Counted from the first letter of the stretch, positions 12,533 through 25,622 are shown. The stretch: DNA of 64,000 nucleotides from the human T2T-CHM13v2.0 reference genome, Homo sapiens (GCF_009914755.1 NC_060947.1); one strand, 5' to 3'. The notes: generated by a model from the sequence alone, not told the origin. Translations and numbers: made by a program.

Positions 12533-12575
12533 CTTCAGTTCTGTATGTCCCACACTTCTTTAGAGTAGAGCACAT
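12533..12575 (-). CDS. NXF2: NXF2/NXF2B first coding exon (MCSTLKKCGTYRTE-); whole exon about 12533-12628
   Basis: ATG at 12575-12573 translates to MCSTLKKCGTYRTE+G, matching the NXF2 N-terminus as I recall it. GT donor at 12532, pyrimidine-rich AG acceptor at 12630-12629. Phase 1 joins the 2695 exon (G|TT = Val). Confidence 0.9.
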
Positions 12576-13399
12576 TTTGTTGTTGCTTTGTCCTGACACT
12601 ACAGTCTCACAGAACGAACTTGGAAATGCTGAAATGAGAGAAAAATAGATTATTCAACCTACATGTAATATCAAATATCACAAGTGACAATATTCTCTAA
12701 CCATCTGACAAGCAATATTTGAAACCCCGTAAGTTTAAGCACAATCTTGCTATTTGCTCAACTTCATTCACCCAATACCGCTTTCATGATGTACCAAATG
12801 TTATCACCCATGATTGTACCTTAAATCCATTCACTATACTTTTTTCCACAGGAAGAAAAGGAGAGAGTTTTCAGAAAGGAATCTAAGAAGCAATCATTAG
12901 AAAATCAGGGGTTGATGGGGGGAGAATCAGAAACAAAAGAGTGTGAAGCTATACTACTATAAGCTACTGAGAGATCCTAAGCGCACACACACACAAAAAA
13001 AATGTCACCCACTCCCAAATGTACTTTTTAAAGCCAATGGAGTTCAAATAAAGTATAACAAGTAAATTCTGAATCTTCACATCATGACGACTTGGACACT
13101 TTTATTGAAATATCAAATTCTCTTTTTAAAAAAATTCCCGATTCCCCTCTCTCCCTTTCGCCCACCCCCCTGAGCCCATGTTTAGAAGGTTTAGTAGAAA
13201 AATAAATCATGGAAACAAAGAGAATCTTTACATAATCAAATAAGAGACAGAAATTAAGATTGGGTCTGGAATCGTCTATACAAACTGGGATCTAGGCAGT
13301 CTCGAGTGTCCTTAATAACAACATGGTCTGAGGAGGGGCAGAGGACAGAATCACCTGGCACAGACGGTGAATCGGGCAGAGTGACAGGCAAGGGTAGGG

Positions 13400-14610
13400 C
13401 TTTTAGTGTGGGGGCGGGAAGGGGGGGGAATCCCATCAGGCTTCCACAGCCCTGCCCCTGAGAAACGACTTACGAGTTCATGAATCCCTGCCGCCCCACT
13501 ACCAACCCTACCCCTATCCCCCAGCCCCACATTCTGCCCCAGTGCCTTCTCCTCCAACAACAGCTCCTGTGAGTCCAGGATCAAGGCGGATGGCAGACAT
13601 AGATGCATGGGTGCGCACGCACACACACACACGCACGCACACACAGTTTCTCTGCCAGGTGTTCACAAGTTCGGCCACATTAGGGAAGTCCTCCGCTACC
13701 TCCACCCAAACCCCCCATACACCCCGACCCTCCCGCACCCCCCACCCTCCCCACCCCCCCACCCTCCCGCACCTCCCGCACCCCCCACCCTCCCGCACCC
13801 CCGGCACCCCCCACCCACCCCACCCCACCCCACCCCCTCAGAGCCTCTGCTATTTGGAGATTGCTCAGCCACGCCTTAAAGCCCAATTCTCAGTAAACTT
13901 CTAGTACCGGCTGGTTCCACTCGTACCAGACTTCCTTCCAGCGCGTCAGGATATGAAAGTTGCCGGAAGGCTTCAGATCTGAGCCGAAGTCCAATAAAAC
14001 TTCCGCCTGAGTCAGGGTGTGGAGCCGGAAGCACCTCTCTGACAGGATTCGGAGCACTCAATCTTCACGTGAATGGGAGGGTGCGGAATCTCACGTGACC
14101 ATAAGAGCCACATGTACAACAGCCATTGGTTAGCTGCGGTGCTCACAGGACCGCAAAGGCTTTGCCTGCCACGAGATGACAGGAGCCACTTGGCTGCCCA
14201 CACACACATCTGCAGAGTTTGGCAGCTCACAATCTTCACGTGACAGAGAGGAATGAGCCTGACACTGTGGCCATGGGGAGGGGTGAGTGGGAGCAGTGGA
14301 CATGACCATAGCATCCACATGACCCTAAACAGTAGGTCATCTATATGACTTCGAGGGCTGAGACTTCCACATGCTGGTAGCCAGTAATGGCCAGGTGAGG
14401 GAAGAATCCATGTGAGCAACAGGGTTCAGGAGTCCACCATACTGTAGTGACTGGAAGAGCTGGGCCCATCACATGACCATAGGAGCAACATGACAAGAGA
14501 GGCCACATGACCTCAAAGTTTTAGAGCCCTTGGTGCTGATATGACCAGTAGGGCCCTATCAGTAGGGCTCATAATTGTAGTGTTCACATGATGGTGGCAT
14601 CCACGTGGCT
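13400..14610 (-). promoter_or_regulatory. Putative NXF2 proximal promoter / 5' UTR region
   Basis: Locally CpG-enriched. CCGGAAG (ETS-type) at 13963 and 14025, ACTTCCG at 13999, CCAAT at 13991, TGAGTCA at 14008, TCACGTGA at 14065/14091/14236, GGCGGGAA at 13413. Candidate minus-strand donors GTACGA (13926) and GTAAGT (13473). Lies 0.8-2 kb upstream of the ATG exon. The TSS is inferred. Confidence 0.6.
13709..13838. repeat. C-rich minisatellite-like tract (CCCTCCCGCACCCCCCA variants); G-rich on the minus strand
   Basis: Directly visible; TCCCGC at 13731, 13765, 13774 and 13791. Confidence 0.9.
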
Positions 14611-14843
14611 TGCAGCCTTAGGATCCTGCAAGGCTCAAGTACCCAGGATAGGTGGGTGAGCTTGGGTCAACTTCCTGACAGTAGAATCCAACCACTGCAG
14701 AGTTCTCCTGATCTGCATGTTTCAGGAGACCGTTCTGTTCATGAGACCTGGAGCTCTGAGATTGCCCATATTACTGAGATGGTGGTACCTCCAGATAACC
14801 TCCCACAGCACACAGACTTGAGCTTTTGCTACCCTCACCTCAC

Positions 14844-15148
14844 TTTTTTTTTTTTTTTTTTTTTTGAGACGGAGTTTTGCTCTTGTTGCCCAGGCTGGAG
14901 TGCAATGGCATGATTTCAGCTCACTGCAACCTCCGCCTCCCGGTTCAAGCGATTCTCCTGCCTCAGCCTCCCAAGTAGCTGGGATTGCAGGCGCCCACCA
15001 CCACGCCCAGCTAATTTTTGTATTTTTTTAGTAGAGACGGGGTTTCACCATGTTGGCCAGGCTGGTCTCGAACTCCTGACCTCAGGTGATCTGCCCGCCT
15101 TGGCCTCCCAAAGTGCTGGGATTACAGCATGAGCCACCGCTCCCGGCC
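14844..15148 (-). mobile_element. Alu (AluS-type)
   Basis: Poly-T followed by a full reverse-complement Alu dimer. Confidence 0.95.
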
Positions 15149-15389
15149 CCCCATCCCTCTTTAATATATTTTATGTGTTTCATTTCTAACAACACGTGAA
15201 ATTTAATACTTCACAATGAAGAAGGTCCTCACTAAAACCATAATCATAGACACTACTGCAAGAGCCTAAGCAGTCCGTACAGGTAAGCACTGTTTACTTA
15301 ATTTCATACAGGGCCAAAGGAAATTAGGGCAAACCTAATGAATTTTAGTTGTTCATTTGAAAAAGAAAAATGTGTATAGTGATTAGTAT

Positions 15390-15580
15390 GTGCCACACAC
15401 TCCAAAAGGTTACCGCATTTAAGAGTGCTAACTCTATGGAGTAGGTAGTATAACAGAATTTTACAGACGAGGAAACTGAAGCACAGAGGCGTTAAATCAC
15501 TTGCCTAAGAGGTCACAGACATTGCAGGTGGCAAACCAGCTGTCTCCCCCAGGCAGTATGGTGCTAGACTGTTCTGACCA
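15390..15580 (-). mobile_element. MIR SINE
   Basis: 'ttttacagacgaggaaactgaagcacagagg...cacttgcctaag..gtcacag'. Confidence 0.7.
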
Positions 15581-16357
15581 CCCCCGGGTTTTCCAAAGGA
15601 AATTAATTTTAGTTCAGCCTTATTAATTCACACAAACTGGAAGCCAGACCCAGTTACTGAAGAGTTGAGGTCTTGGATGTTCTCTTTGAAATACCAACTA
15701 AGAAATTTCAAGTACTGTCAGTAATTAGCACCAGTCAATGCTGAATCTAATTAAGGACCTCAGGAGATTCATTTAAATGTATACATATAAACCTACCATT
15801 AATATATAAAATATGTATATATGAAAGTCAGTATAAAATGTTTGAGGTTAGCTGAAAACATTTCCTTCTTTAAAAAAATTACTGAAAAGAGAAAGATTAG
15901 CACTTTTAAAACATCATACCTGGCTCTGGCCTGAACTGCAACAATTTTGTATGAGTGGAATCTGAATTATAATTAGATTTCACTGTATTTTTATTCTGCC
16001 TGTGTCTCCCCAGAAAGGATAGAGAAAAGAGAAGGAGAGTACACATTGCAGTTGTTGTTAATCGCAATTTCACGACCACCTGTTTTGCTGGTTTGTGTGG
16101 GAAACTGCAGCTTCACCTGCATGTCCAAAATAAATTTGGTGGAGTGGAGTCTTTCTGATTTGCTTGCAGAGGCAAACAATGCTATACAAGCATTGGGATT
16201 ACTTTGCTAGGTTCCCGCACTGTGGCCTGGCTACATAAATAAGCAGAAGAAAACTCAACAGACCAAATTTTCCACCACAGTTAAAGTTGAATATACTAGT
16301 GAGGACAACAGGCTGTGTTAGTGGCTCTAAGGTTATCAAAGGAAGTCATGATATTTG

Positions 16358-16396
16358 GACGATATTGGGCGCGTTCACGGTGGTATGGCCGTAGAC
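16358..16396 (-). pseudogene. 5S rRNA 5'-end fragment (nt 1-39), tailless retropseudogene
   Basis: Reverse complement GTCTACGGCCATACCACCGTGAACGCGCCCAATATCGTC has 3 mismatches to the human 5S 5' end. Flanked by the direct repeat GAAGTCATGATA(T/A)TTGGA at 16342-16359 and 16398-16415. Confidence 0.9.
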
Positions 16397-18421
16397 TGAA
16401 GTCATGATAATTGGAATGAATGACTAGGAAGCGCCAATCAGTGGGTCTCGGATAATTCTGGAGAATTATTTATGGGACACATGTAAATAGAGGATATAAA
16501 ATGGGGCTACATATTTATGAAAGAGCCTATTATGAAATTTCAAGTTGGATTTAGGAAGTATCTATACAAAGTCACAGGATGGAAGCCTACTTCAAGACCT
16601 GGTATCTGCCCTGGCCCCCGTTTCTATCATTACATACAGATGAACAGATCACCAGTAAAAGGCACAGCACAATTTTATCTAGCCCACCTATGCTCAACTG
16701 GAACTTACACGGTATTGATGATGGTCAAATTCTTTCACCAAAAGACAAATCCTAATTATAACTCTTACTTTAATTCACAGTTTGCTCCTGTCAGACCTGA
16801 TACTCATATCATTCACTCTTTCTCTGAGATGATTATCAGGACTTTGTTAGGATTTTTTTTTTTTTAAGTTACACCAATGGAAGTCTGTCGGTGCTCTAAT
16901 ATGCACAAACAGTGGGGGAAGGTAACTCTGTGGACAAAGATTCATATGTCCGGGGTCCAGTTTAGGCACTGAATTTATTAGGCGCTGTGTTTACTGGGGT
17001 GAGGCAGGTTGATAAGCCATTTCTCTTGCGTGTGATACGGCAGGATTTAACAGGAACAACTTCTCCTTCTTTTACCTTTTCGTTCTGTGGTGGACATTTT
17101 GGGGATCCATGCTAGTGGCTTTAGGAGGGGTGGCTTTACCTAACACAGAAAAGAGAGAAAGGGGAGTACTGGAACTCCCCTTTCTAGAACTTACTTACTC
17201 AGAACTCCCCTAAGTATCAGAACGGTTGCGACGTTGTTAAATTAAACATAAATACTCTAACGCTTTTGGTTTGAACAGATACATACACCTGAACTAGGTG
17301 TCCTATGTAAATTAACTTTCAGAAAGTAAAAATGACTGACCTAGCAACAGCATACAAGGGAAAGCATAAGATGGGACTCTATCATTACGGGCATTACATT
17401 CAAGACCTGTTTTTCTGTGTTCCTTCGTGAAATTCATTAGCGTAGCTAGAAGTAACTTTATGTCAGTGCCAAGCAATAGGAAAAAAAGAGAAGCAGTTGC
17501 AGATAGTGCTCCCTGGCAAATTGCTCAATATGCCAACCCCTCAATGCAAGGTAAAATTCAACAGCTCTAGGTAATAGGCTCACTCTTTGAGGACTACCAC
17601 AACATACAAATACAAAATTATGTCTACAAGGAAAACTTCCTTCAGGCAAAGGATGGAGAGGAGTGAAAAGGTAGGGATTCCATAGAGGGTGTTTACTGAA
17701 GAGCAGTGCCATTTGTGAAGATGCAGCTCTCTGGTCCAAACCCCCTCCACTGTGAAGACCATTTAAAACAATGAGCAATTATGATTCAAAGATTTCTAAT
17801 GTATTAAAAGTAGAGAATTTTAAATTTCCCAGATTGCTTCCTGTTATCTGCTCAAGGCAACTATATTTTGCAATTCAAGAAATAGTTCTAAATACTCTGT
17901 TGGAAAATACTGTCAGATAATTTTTAAAACATAGTCAGCCACATTGTTTTCTTTTTAGTGTATGCAGCATTTATACCTTGTTTCTTGTGATCAGCTTATC
18001 ACTGATAATTTATTATCAGTGATTAGATCCTGTGAAAAAAGGCAAGATATATAATGTTTGTGTTTTCTTTTAATCCTTGGATTTAAAACATCACGTAGTT
18101 TATCAACAGTTATAGAATGACTCACTGGCTGGATTGCTCAACTGGCTAAGTCAATCAAGGAGTTAGCAAATAATGAACCAGTGAACACGATTAAGCTCAT
18201 TTCACAGTGTAGATGCAGACTAAGGCAAAACATGAGCAATAACACATTACATATCTTGTCTATGTGATACTACAACGTCTTTATTAAGAGCTTCCATTTA
18301 TATATTGATAATTAATTTTCAAATCTGCATATTCGCAGATTGGGTGATTATCTTATTTTTAATTTTCTTTTCATATGCATATTTGGTATTGTTATGGAAA
18401 CATATTCTTTTCAAAGCGTGA

Positions 18422-18783
<362 letters not shown>

Positions 18784-20479
18784 GAGTCTGACTTTCTTCT
18801 AAAGACCCAGGGCTTTTAAGGTTGTTCCATACTGAAATCTGAGGATCTTTGATATCTTTGTGAAGTCTGTGTCGCGTGTTTACAGAAAGACAAAACTTAA
18901 CGGTAAATACGAAGAATTCAGTTACCTCTGGTCAAATAATCCTAACACAACATCATCTCAGGACAAGAGCGAATAGAAAACTTTGCCGACGAATCGAAAA
19001 AGAATGAAAATGGGATTTAAGCATCCCACAGTGGATGCCTGTTGAGGTTCTTCCAAAACATATACTGCACAGGGGAGAGCTCTCATGCTTTGTAACCGCC
19101 TATTCATGAATTCAATATAGGTAGCTCCTGAATAAAATATCCGTCTTTGTTACCCGAAGAGTCACTCTATTAGGACACAAGAAGGACTTGAATATTGTGG
19201 TTACTATGCTCATAGCGGTATATATAATTTGAGTCTGTACCTGCAGGTGACATTTTTGTTTACCTACACAATATACATTCCTCACCTTCCTGGCTGGGCT
19301 CAGGCCTCCATCAGTGTATCTCCTCCCAGTAGAGTCATGTGCTTGAGGATATATGGCCACTTTCTTAGCTCCAAGAGTGGGCCCAGAATTAGTCTAATCT
19401 AATCCAATAATCCAATGCCCAATCCAGCAGTGGTTGGGTCAAGATTTAGCCTGGATGTTTACATCTTTCCGTTACTGGCTCAGTTAACCATGAAACTCAC
19501 TCTGCCTCTGAACTCTCAGTTATATAAGCAAGTGTCTTTACCTATTGGATAAGCCAGCGAGACTTGCACTTTCTGTTAGTTGTAGTTTAAATATCCCTGA
19601 CCAATACACATTCAATTTTATGGCCATCCTGGGCATCTTACAAAGATGGCTTTCTAAAATAAAACCAACGTATTGGTCTTTTGGTCAAAGATTTTTATGT
19701 CTCATTCAGAGTTTCTACACCTAATCTTGTCACAGTCCTGGGTGATTTCAATGTCCATGTAGAAAACCAGTCTGATTCCAAGCCTCATGGTCGCAAGACC
19801 TCTTATTTGACTGCCATGCTCAGGGGCACTCCCTGGATCTTGCTACTTCTTGGAACTGCCCCAACTCTAAAATAGTGCACTTTTATATTTTATTGTGGCA
19901 ACCTTCTTGTAACTCTGAACATCGTGCTTTATGTATTTCTTGGCTATGTTTTTGAGTGCATGTTAAGTTCAGACTTTTTAGCTCTTTGATAAATGTTCTA
20001 TCATGACTACATGGTGGCCTTCTTTATTCCAAATAATTATTGTTGTCTTAACGTCTATTTTGTCTGATACTAATACAAAAGTAACAGTTTTAAATGGTTT
20101 GACTTGTGGCTGGTATTGTGGGTTTCTTTATGGTTTTTTTTCCATCAGTTTATTTGCTTCATTTCTGTGACAGGCCGGAAGAGTTATGTTCATGATGCCC
20201 GATATTGAGATGACATTGCTATGAGAGACAAGAGAGCCAAGGTGAGAGAAGGAGCAATGAGCAGGCAAGTGTATGACATGCTGGGCTTTCATAATCCTGC
20301 AGCTTCTCAAGTTCAGAAGACTCTCTACAGGCAAAGAGGTTCTGGTGGATGGCAGGAAAGATCTGGGACAACTAAGCCCCAGGTAAGACTACACTAAGAC
20401 TACTTTATTAATCAAGAGTGGTTTCACTGAGGAGAGACAGGGGCATTTTACTGCTGAGGATTTGGGACTGGAGCACAGT

Positions 20480-20745
20480 TAGACAGGAGGAATATGTTTT
20501 GGTGATCAATTGCACAGCATAGTGAGCAGAGTTAATAACAACGTATCATATATTTCAATATTGCTTTAAAAGTAGATTTTAGATATTCTTAACACAAAAT
20601 GTGATAAGTAGGTGAGATGATGGATATATTAATTAGCTTGAGTTAGTCTTTCTAAATGTATACACTTATCAAAATACCACATTGTACCCCGTAAATATAT
20701 ACAATTTTGTCTAATTAAAAAATAAATAAAATTTAAAAACAAATG
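20480..20745 (+). mobile_element. L1MA-type 3' end
   Basis: 'tgcacagcatagtga...gatggatatattaattagcttga...cattgtaccccgtaaatatatacaat' plus A-rich tail. Confidence 0.75.
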
Positions 20746-21348
20746 AAAGGAACACAGTGCTTGAAGTCCAAGTTTTTGCTATTACTAATAGAACCTCTCT
20801 TTTACTTCATGATACTTGACCTTTCTTAGTTTCAGCTTTCTATTTAGCTATAGACAAAATTTTCCATCATGATCCTCAATTTGGCGTGAGAATTAAATGA
20901 AACTTAGATATAGCTCTGCATAGAATAAGGGCTAAGTGGTTTAGCACTGTGGGAGCAGCTGAGTGCCAAACGCTCCTCCTCCACCACCCTCTTTATTTAA
21001 TCATCAGTCCCTGGGACACCGGCTGCCATGGCTATGCACATGAATACGCTTGAGGGTAAGGAGAATGCATGCTACGGCAGCAACTGTGGTACCCATGCCT
21101 GAAAAACAATGACTGTTAGGCAACTTGGTGCCATGCTTAAGTCTCCCTGGGGTGCTGGGGTCCTTCCTTTTTTTTTTTTTTTTTTTTTTTTGCATAACTC
21201 ACAAGGGCTCATCCCCAGGCCCATCTCAGGGATGCACAATCACAAATAATGTCCATATGGCTGCCCCAAGCAGCCACTGATGTTCACCAGGCTAGACACA
21301 GTGACCAAAGAGCTCTAGCTTGATCCTTGCTAAACAGGACTCAAGTGC

Positions 21349-23669
21349 TGTATTCGTTTCTTCAGGCTGCTATAACAAATTTCCATAAACGGGTGGCTTG
21401 AAACAACAGAATTTTAAACTCTCACATTTCTATTGGCCAAACGTTTGAAATCAAGGTGTCAGCAAGATTGGTACCTTGTGGTGAGGGTGGCAGTTAAAGA
21501 GAGAATCTGTACCACACATCTCTCTTAGCTTCTGGTGGTTGCTGGCAATCCTTGGCATTCCTTGGCTTGTGGCAGCTTAACCCTAATCTCTGCCTCGGTT
21601 GTCACATGGTATTCTCCCTGTGTGTCTGTCTCTTTGTCCCAATTTTCCTCTTCTTATAAAGATACCAGTCATTGGATTAGGGCACACCCTAGTCCAGTGT
21701 GACTTTATCGTCACTTGATTACATCTACAGAGACCTTGCTTCCAATTAAAATCACCTTCACAGATTCCAGGTAGACATAAATTTGGGGAGGGGGGTGCAC
21801 GCACTATTCAACCCAATAGAGTCTGCCCTCTGGCTCCCCAATATTTACATTCTTACCGTGAGTAAATTATATTCACCCCATCTCCAAATCCTCCAGATCT
21901 TCACCTATTCCAGCATTAACCCTAAATCCAAAATCTCATCTAAAATTGTCAGGATCTTACCGAGTAGACTTTGGGCAAGGTCCACCCTGGGGCAATGTTC
22001 CTCTCTGTCTGCAGACCCATGAAGCTAGAAAACAAGTTATCTACTTCCAGAATACTACAGTGGGACGGACGTAGGTTAGACGTCCCCTTCACAAAAGGGA
22101 GAAGGTGGAAAGATTAAAGGGGTTGTCGCTCTGGGGCAGGTTCACAACCCAGCAGGAAAAAAGTCCATTAAGTTTCAGGCCGAGAGTAAACTTCCATGGC
22201 TCAATCTTCTGTCCCAAGGGCCCTTCAGGGAGGCAGCCCCAAACTTTAGGACCCTCCAGGGAGGCAGCCCCATCTTCCTGGCTTTCTGGGTCAGGGACTC
22301 AGTCCATCCAGCCCTCCAGGGTAATGACAATGCCATTTCTGGTCTGGTCTTCCATGTTTCTGCCTTCAGAGACATTCTTCTTTCATTTTTGTCCCATCTC
22401 TGGACATTTCAGTCCAGGCTGGCAGCGTTTCTGCTAGTATAAAACTCTCAAAATCCTTGCCATGTTTTTGCAGATGCCAAGGGGATCCACACAACTAGAT
22501 ATGTAGGCTCTGTGTGGGTCCTTCCTGGATTAACCTATCTGGTTTCCTGGCTTAGGGCCAAGGTGGTTGGTTGGGTCCACATGCCTAGCTAGTCTCATTA
22601 GCAAATGGCTGTTCAGCCACACTTTTGGCCCTGTTTCCATAGTGCACTATCTGGGTAGACTGTGAATTTTCCAAATCATCAAGCGTGCTTCCTTTTGGCT
22701 TAACAGTTCCTTCCTCAACTTATCTCTTTACTCTCACGTTTTACTATAAAGAGACAAGGCCACACCTTCCAGAGTTTGCATGGAAATCTCCTAGCTAAAT
22801 ATCCAAGTTCGTCGCTTACAAGACCTGCTTTCTACACAATTCATTCAAGTTTTCTGACACTCTATCACAAGGGTCACCTTTCCTCCAGTGCTCATTAACA
22901 TGTGTCTAATTTCCATCTCAGACGGCATCATAAGCAGCTTGAATATTCATATTTCTAGCATCATTCTGTTCATAATGATACACGTGTTCTCTAAGATGAT
23001 AAGCACTTCCTCTACAACTCTTCTCACTTCCTTCTGGAGCTCTCACAAGAATCACCTTTAGCATTCATATTTCTACCAACGGTCTCTTCAAGGCAATCTA
23101 GGGTTTTCATATCATGTGCCTCAAGTCTTCCAGCCTCTAGTCATTACCCAATTACAAAGCCACTTCCATATTTTTAGGCATTTGTGACAGGAACAACCCA
23201 CGTCTTAGCACTAAAATCTGCATTAGTTTCTTAGGGCTGCCATAACAAAATACCCAAACTGGGTGGCTAAAAGCAAGATAAATTTATTCTCACACAGTTC
23301 TGGGGGCTAGAAGTACAAAATCAAGATGTCAGCAGGGCCATGCTCCATCTGACGGAAGAAGCCTTTCTTAGCTCTCCTAGTTCCTGGTGGATGCTGGTAC
23401 TCCTTGTCACTCCTTGGTTTGTAATGCCTTACTCCAGTCTCTGTCTCTGTCTCCACGCGACTCCCCTATGTGTCTGTGTCTCCTTGTCCAAATCTACCTC
23501 TATTTATAGGGACAGCAGTCATATTGGAGTTAGGGCCTACCCTGCCTGGTTCAATATGATCTCATCTTAATGTGACTGCGTCTGAAAAAACACTATTTCC
23601 AAATACGGCCACATTTACAGGTTCAGGGTGGACAGGAATTTGGCGGGGGCCACTATATGACTCAGTAAA
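21349..23669 (-). mobile_element. Two-LTR MaLR element (MLT1B/C-like LTR, internal region, LTR)
   Basis: Related LTRs at about 21349-21820 ('tgtattcgtttcttcaggctgctataacaaat') and 23219-23669 ('tgcattagtttcttagggctgccataacaaaat') flank about 1.4 kb of MaLR-internal sequence. Confidence 0.75.
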
Positions 23670-25452
23670 TGCCTCAATTTTTAAAAACCATAGAAGAGTA
23701 TCCTACTTTCCATTCATTTCAGTGCATTTCATTAACTAATTTTTTCAGGTTCTAGATCCATTATATTTCAGACATAATAAGACATTTGTCAGTAAAGTCA
23801 ATGAGATTATTTTTAAAGTCTCTATCATGAGGCTGGTAAAATTAGACACTGAAAGTTCAAAAAGGACAGTACGAGCAGTAAAAATTATAGTATATATAAT
23901 TACAGATGCAAAACTTCTAAATTAATTATTACTAAACTTAACTAGTATATGTCTATTAAAAAAGCGTTCGTTCCAGGAATGAAAGGGTAGTGGAACATTA
24001 GAGAATCTATCAATTTACTTCTGATTACTTCAGGAATACTGAGTGCAAATGCTTTTTATGCTCCCACCAGAAAACCCCTAATAATGAAGTGGGGGGGGGC
24101 GGGGGGTGCAAAGCGGGACAAAAAATCAGAAGGTACCAGACAACGACACCACACCAAGAAAAATATGTTAGCAAAATTTTATAGGCTATAAAACAGACGT
24201 ATAGGTCATAAGTCCTTAGAAGACCACAGAAACTAATCCAGCAAGAAACAAACTTCAGAACTCTGGTATTAGAGGTGATAAATATGGTCGAAGTCAGAGA
24301 CTAGAAGATGTGGATACTTACCGGAGGATTCAAGGAAGGCATCATAGGAATGGCAATCAGCCCTACACTTTCCACCACCCTGAACAGCCAGGATTTCCAC
24401 CCCAGGCTCAATGTGAACCCCAGTTTTCTTCACATCCTCATTCTTCTCTAGTATACCCTGTAAGAGCCACTGTACCACATCCTACAACAGTTTATTTTTA
24501 CGTTCTGTGGGTGTCGAGGTGGGAGTATATTGGTGAATGTTCCTTTTAACAATTAAACTGCCAAATAAGAACATAATGATCTAGACCTCCTCTCATATTC
24601 CCTTCTCAATGACTGAGAAGTGATCCATGTTGGGAGAATCTCAGGACTGGTGGGCAGCTGATCAAGGAAGCAGGACAGAGGTGCATAAACAGGGTAAGAG
24701 TGGAAAACACTAGGCACGTGCCAGAACCCACCCAATGTTTTTAAACAGCTAAACCACTCTAAAGAGGACTGGAGAACCTGCTGCATGTGCCTGTGGCAAG
24801 TTTGGATCTTCTCTCTTTTCTTCTTTTTCAGAATTGTTCCGTTTCTCTGAAGGTAAAGCCCATGTTTAACCACTCAACTTCTGCTGACATAATTTGCAAT
24901 GACCACAGCTAACTTATTGAAGCAGAGTACTATTAGGGCGCCAAGAGCTACCTTTGCTCTTGCCCCGCTTGACAGTAGATGCTGAAATTCACCCCCCACC
25001 CCCAAACCAATGATAAATCTGATTACCAAAACATTCAATGCGCATTTGTAGACGTCTTCATGGGGACAAACGGGGGAGATTCAATGGCACGTGTCCCAGT
25101 GAAATGTCACCAAACAGTCTGCGTTAGACTATCTTGCCTCTCTTCCTCATACCCTCATGAGATGGATGGGCATCAGCTCCTGTTCTTCCTGAACAGTCTC
25201 ATTCCCTTCAAATCTCTTTTCTCTGTGGAGCCATTTATCTCTGTGAGATTCTGATGACTGAATCCTCAGACTCATCACCCTGATCAGCACATCAAGGATC
25301 TTTATTCTTAACCCCCTTCTTTAGAATATAAAAGAGTTGTACATAATAATTGTTTTTCACTGTCACATTGATTTTTCTCACATCCTACTCAGAGCTTCCT
25401 ACCGTAGGTCTTTGAGCCCAAGGTCCATAGTGTATCTTTTCAACAGACTTCT

Positions 25453-25622
25453 TTTTTTTTTTTTTTAATCCTTTAAGTTTTAGGGTACATGTGCACAACG
25501 TGCAGGTTTGTTACATATGTATACATGTGCCATGTTGGTGTGCTGCACCCATTAACTCGTCATTTAACATTAGGTATATCTCCTAATGCTATCCCTCCCC
25601 CGTCCCCCCACCCCACAACAGG
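25453..25622 (-). mobile_element. Short 5'-truncated young L1 (L1PA3-5-like) 3' end, about 170 bp
   Basis: Poly-T followed by 'ttaagttttagggtacatgtgcacaacgtgcagg...ccccacaacagg'. Confidence 0.93.

Noticed and set aside
315-12575. Assignment to NXF2B specifically, or to NXF5/NXF3
   Set aside because: The peptide matches NXF2 as I recall it. NXF2 and NXF2B are near-identical and the window's genomic orientation is unknown, so the copy cannot be determined.
13514-13904. Pro- and Gly-rich ORFs on both strands
   Set aside because: Artefacts of the stop-poor C-rich tract.
14060-14610. Repeat-spacer-like pattern suggesting a CRISPR array
   Set aside because: Eukaryotic context, short degenerate units with irregular spacing and no cas genes; treated as an E-box array.
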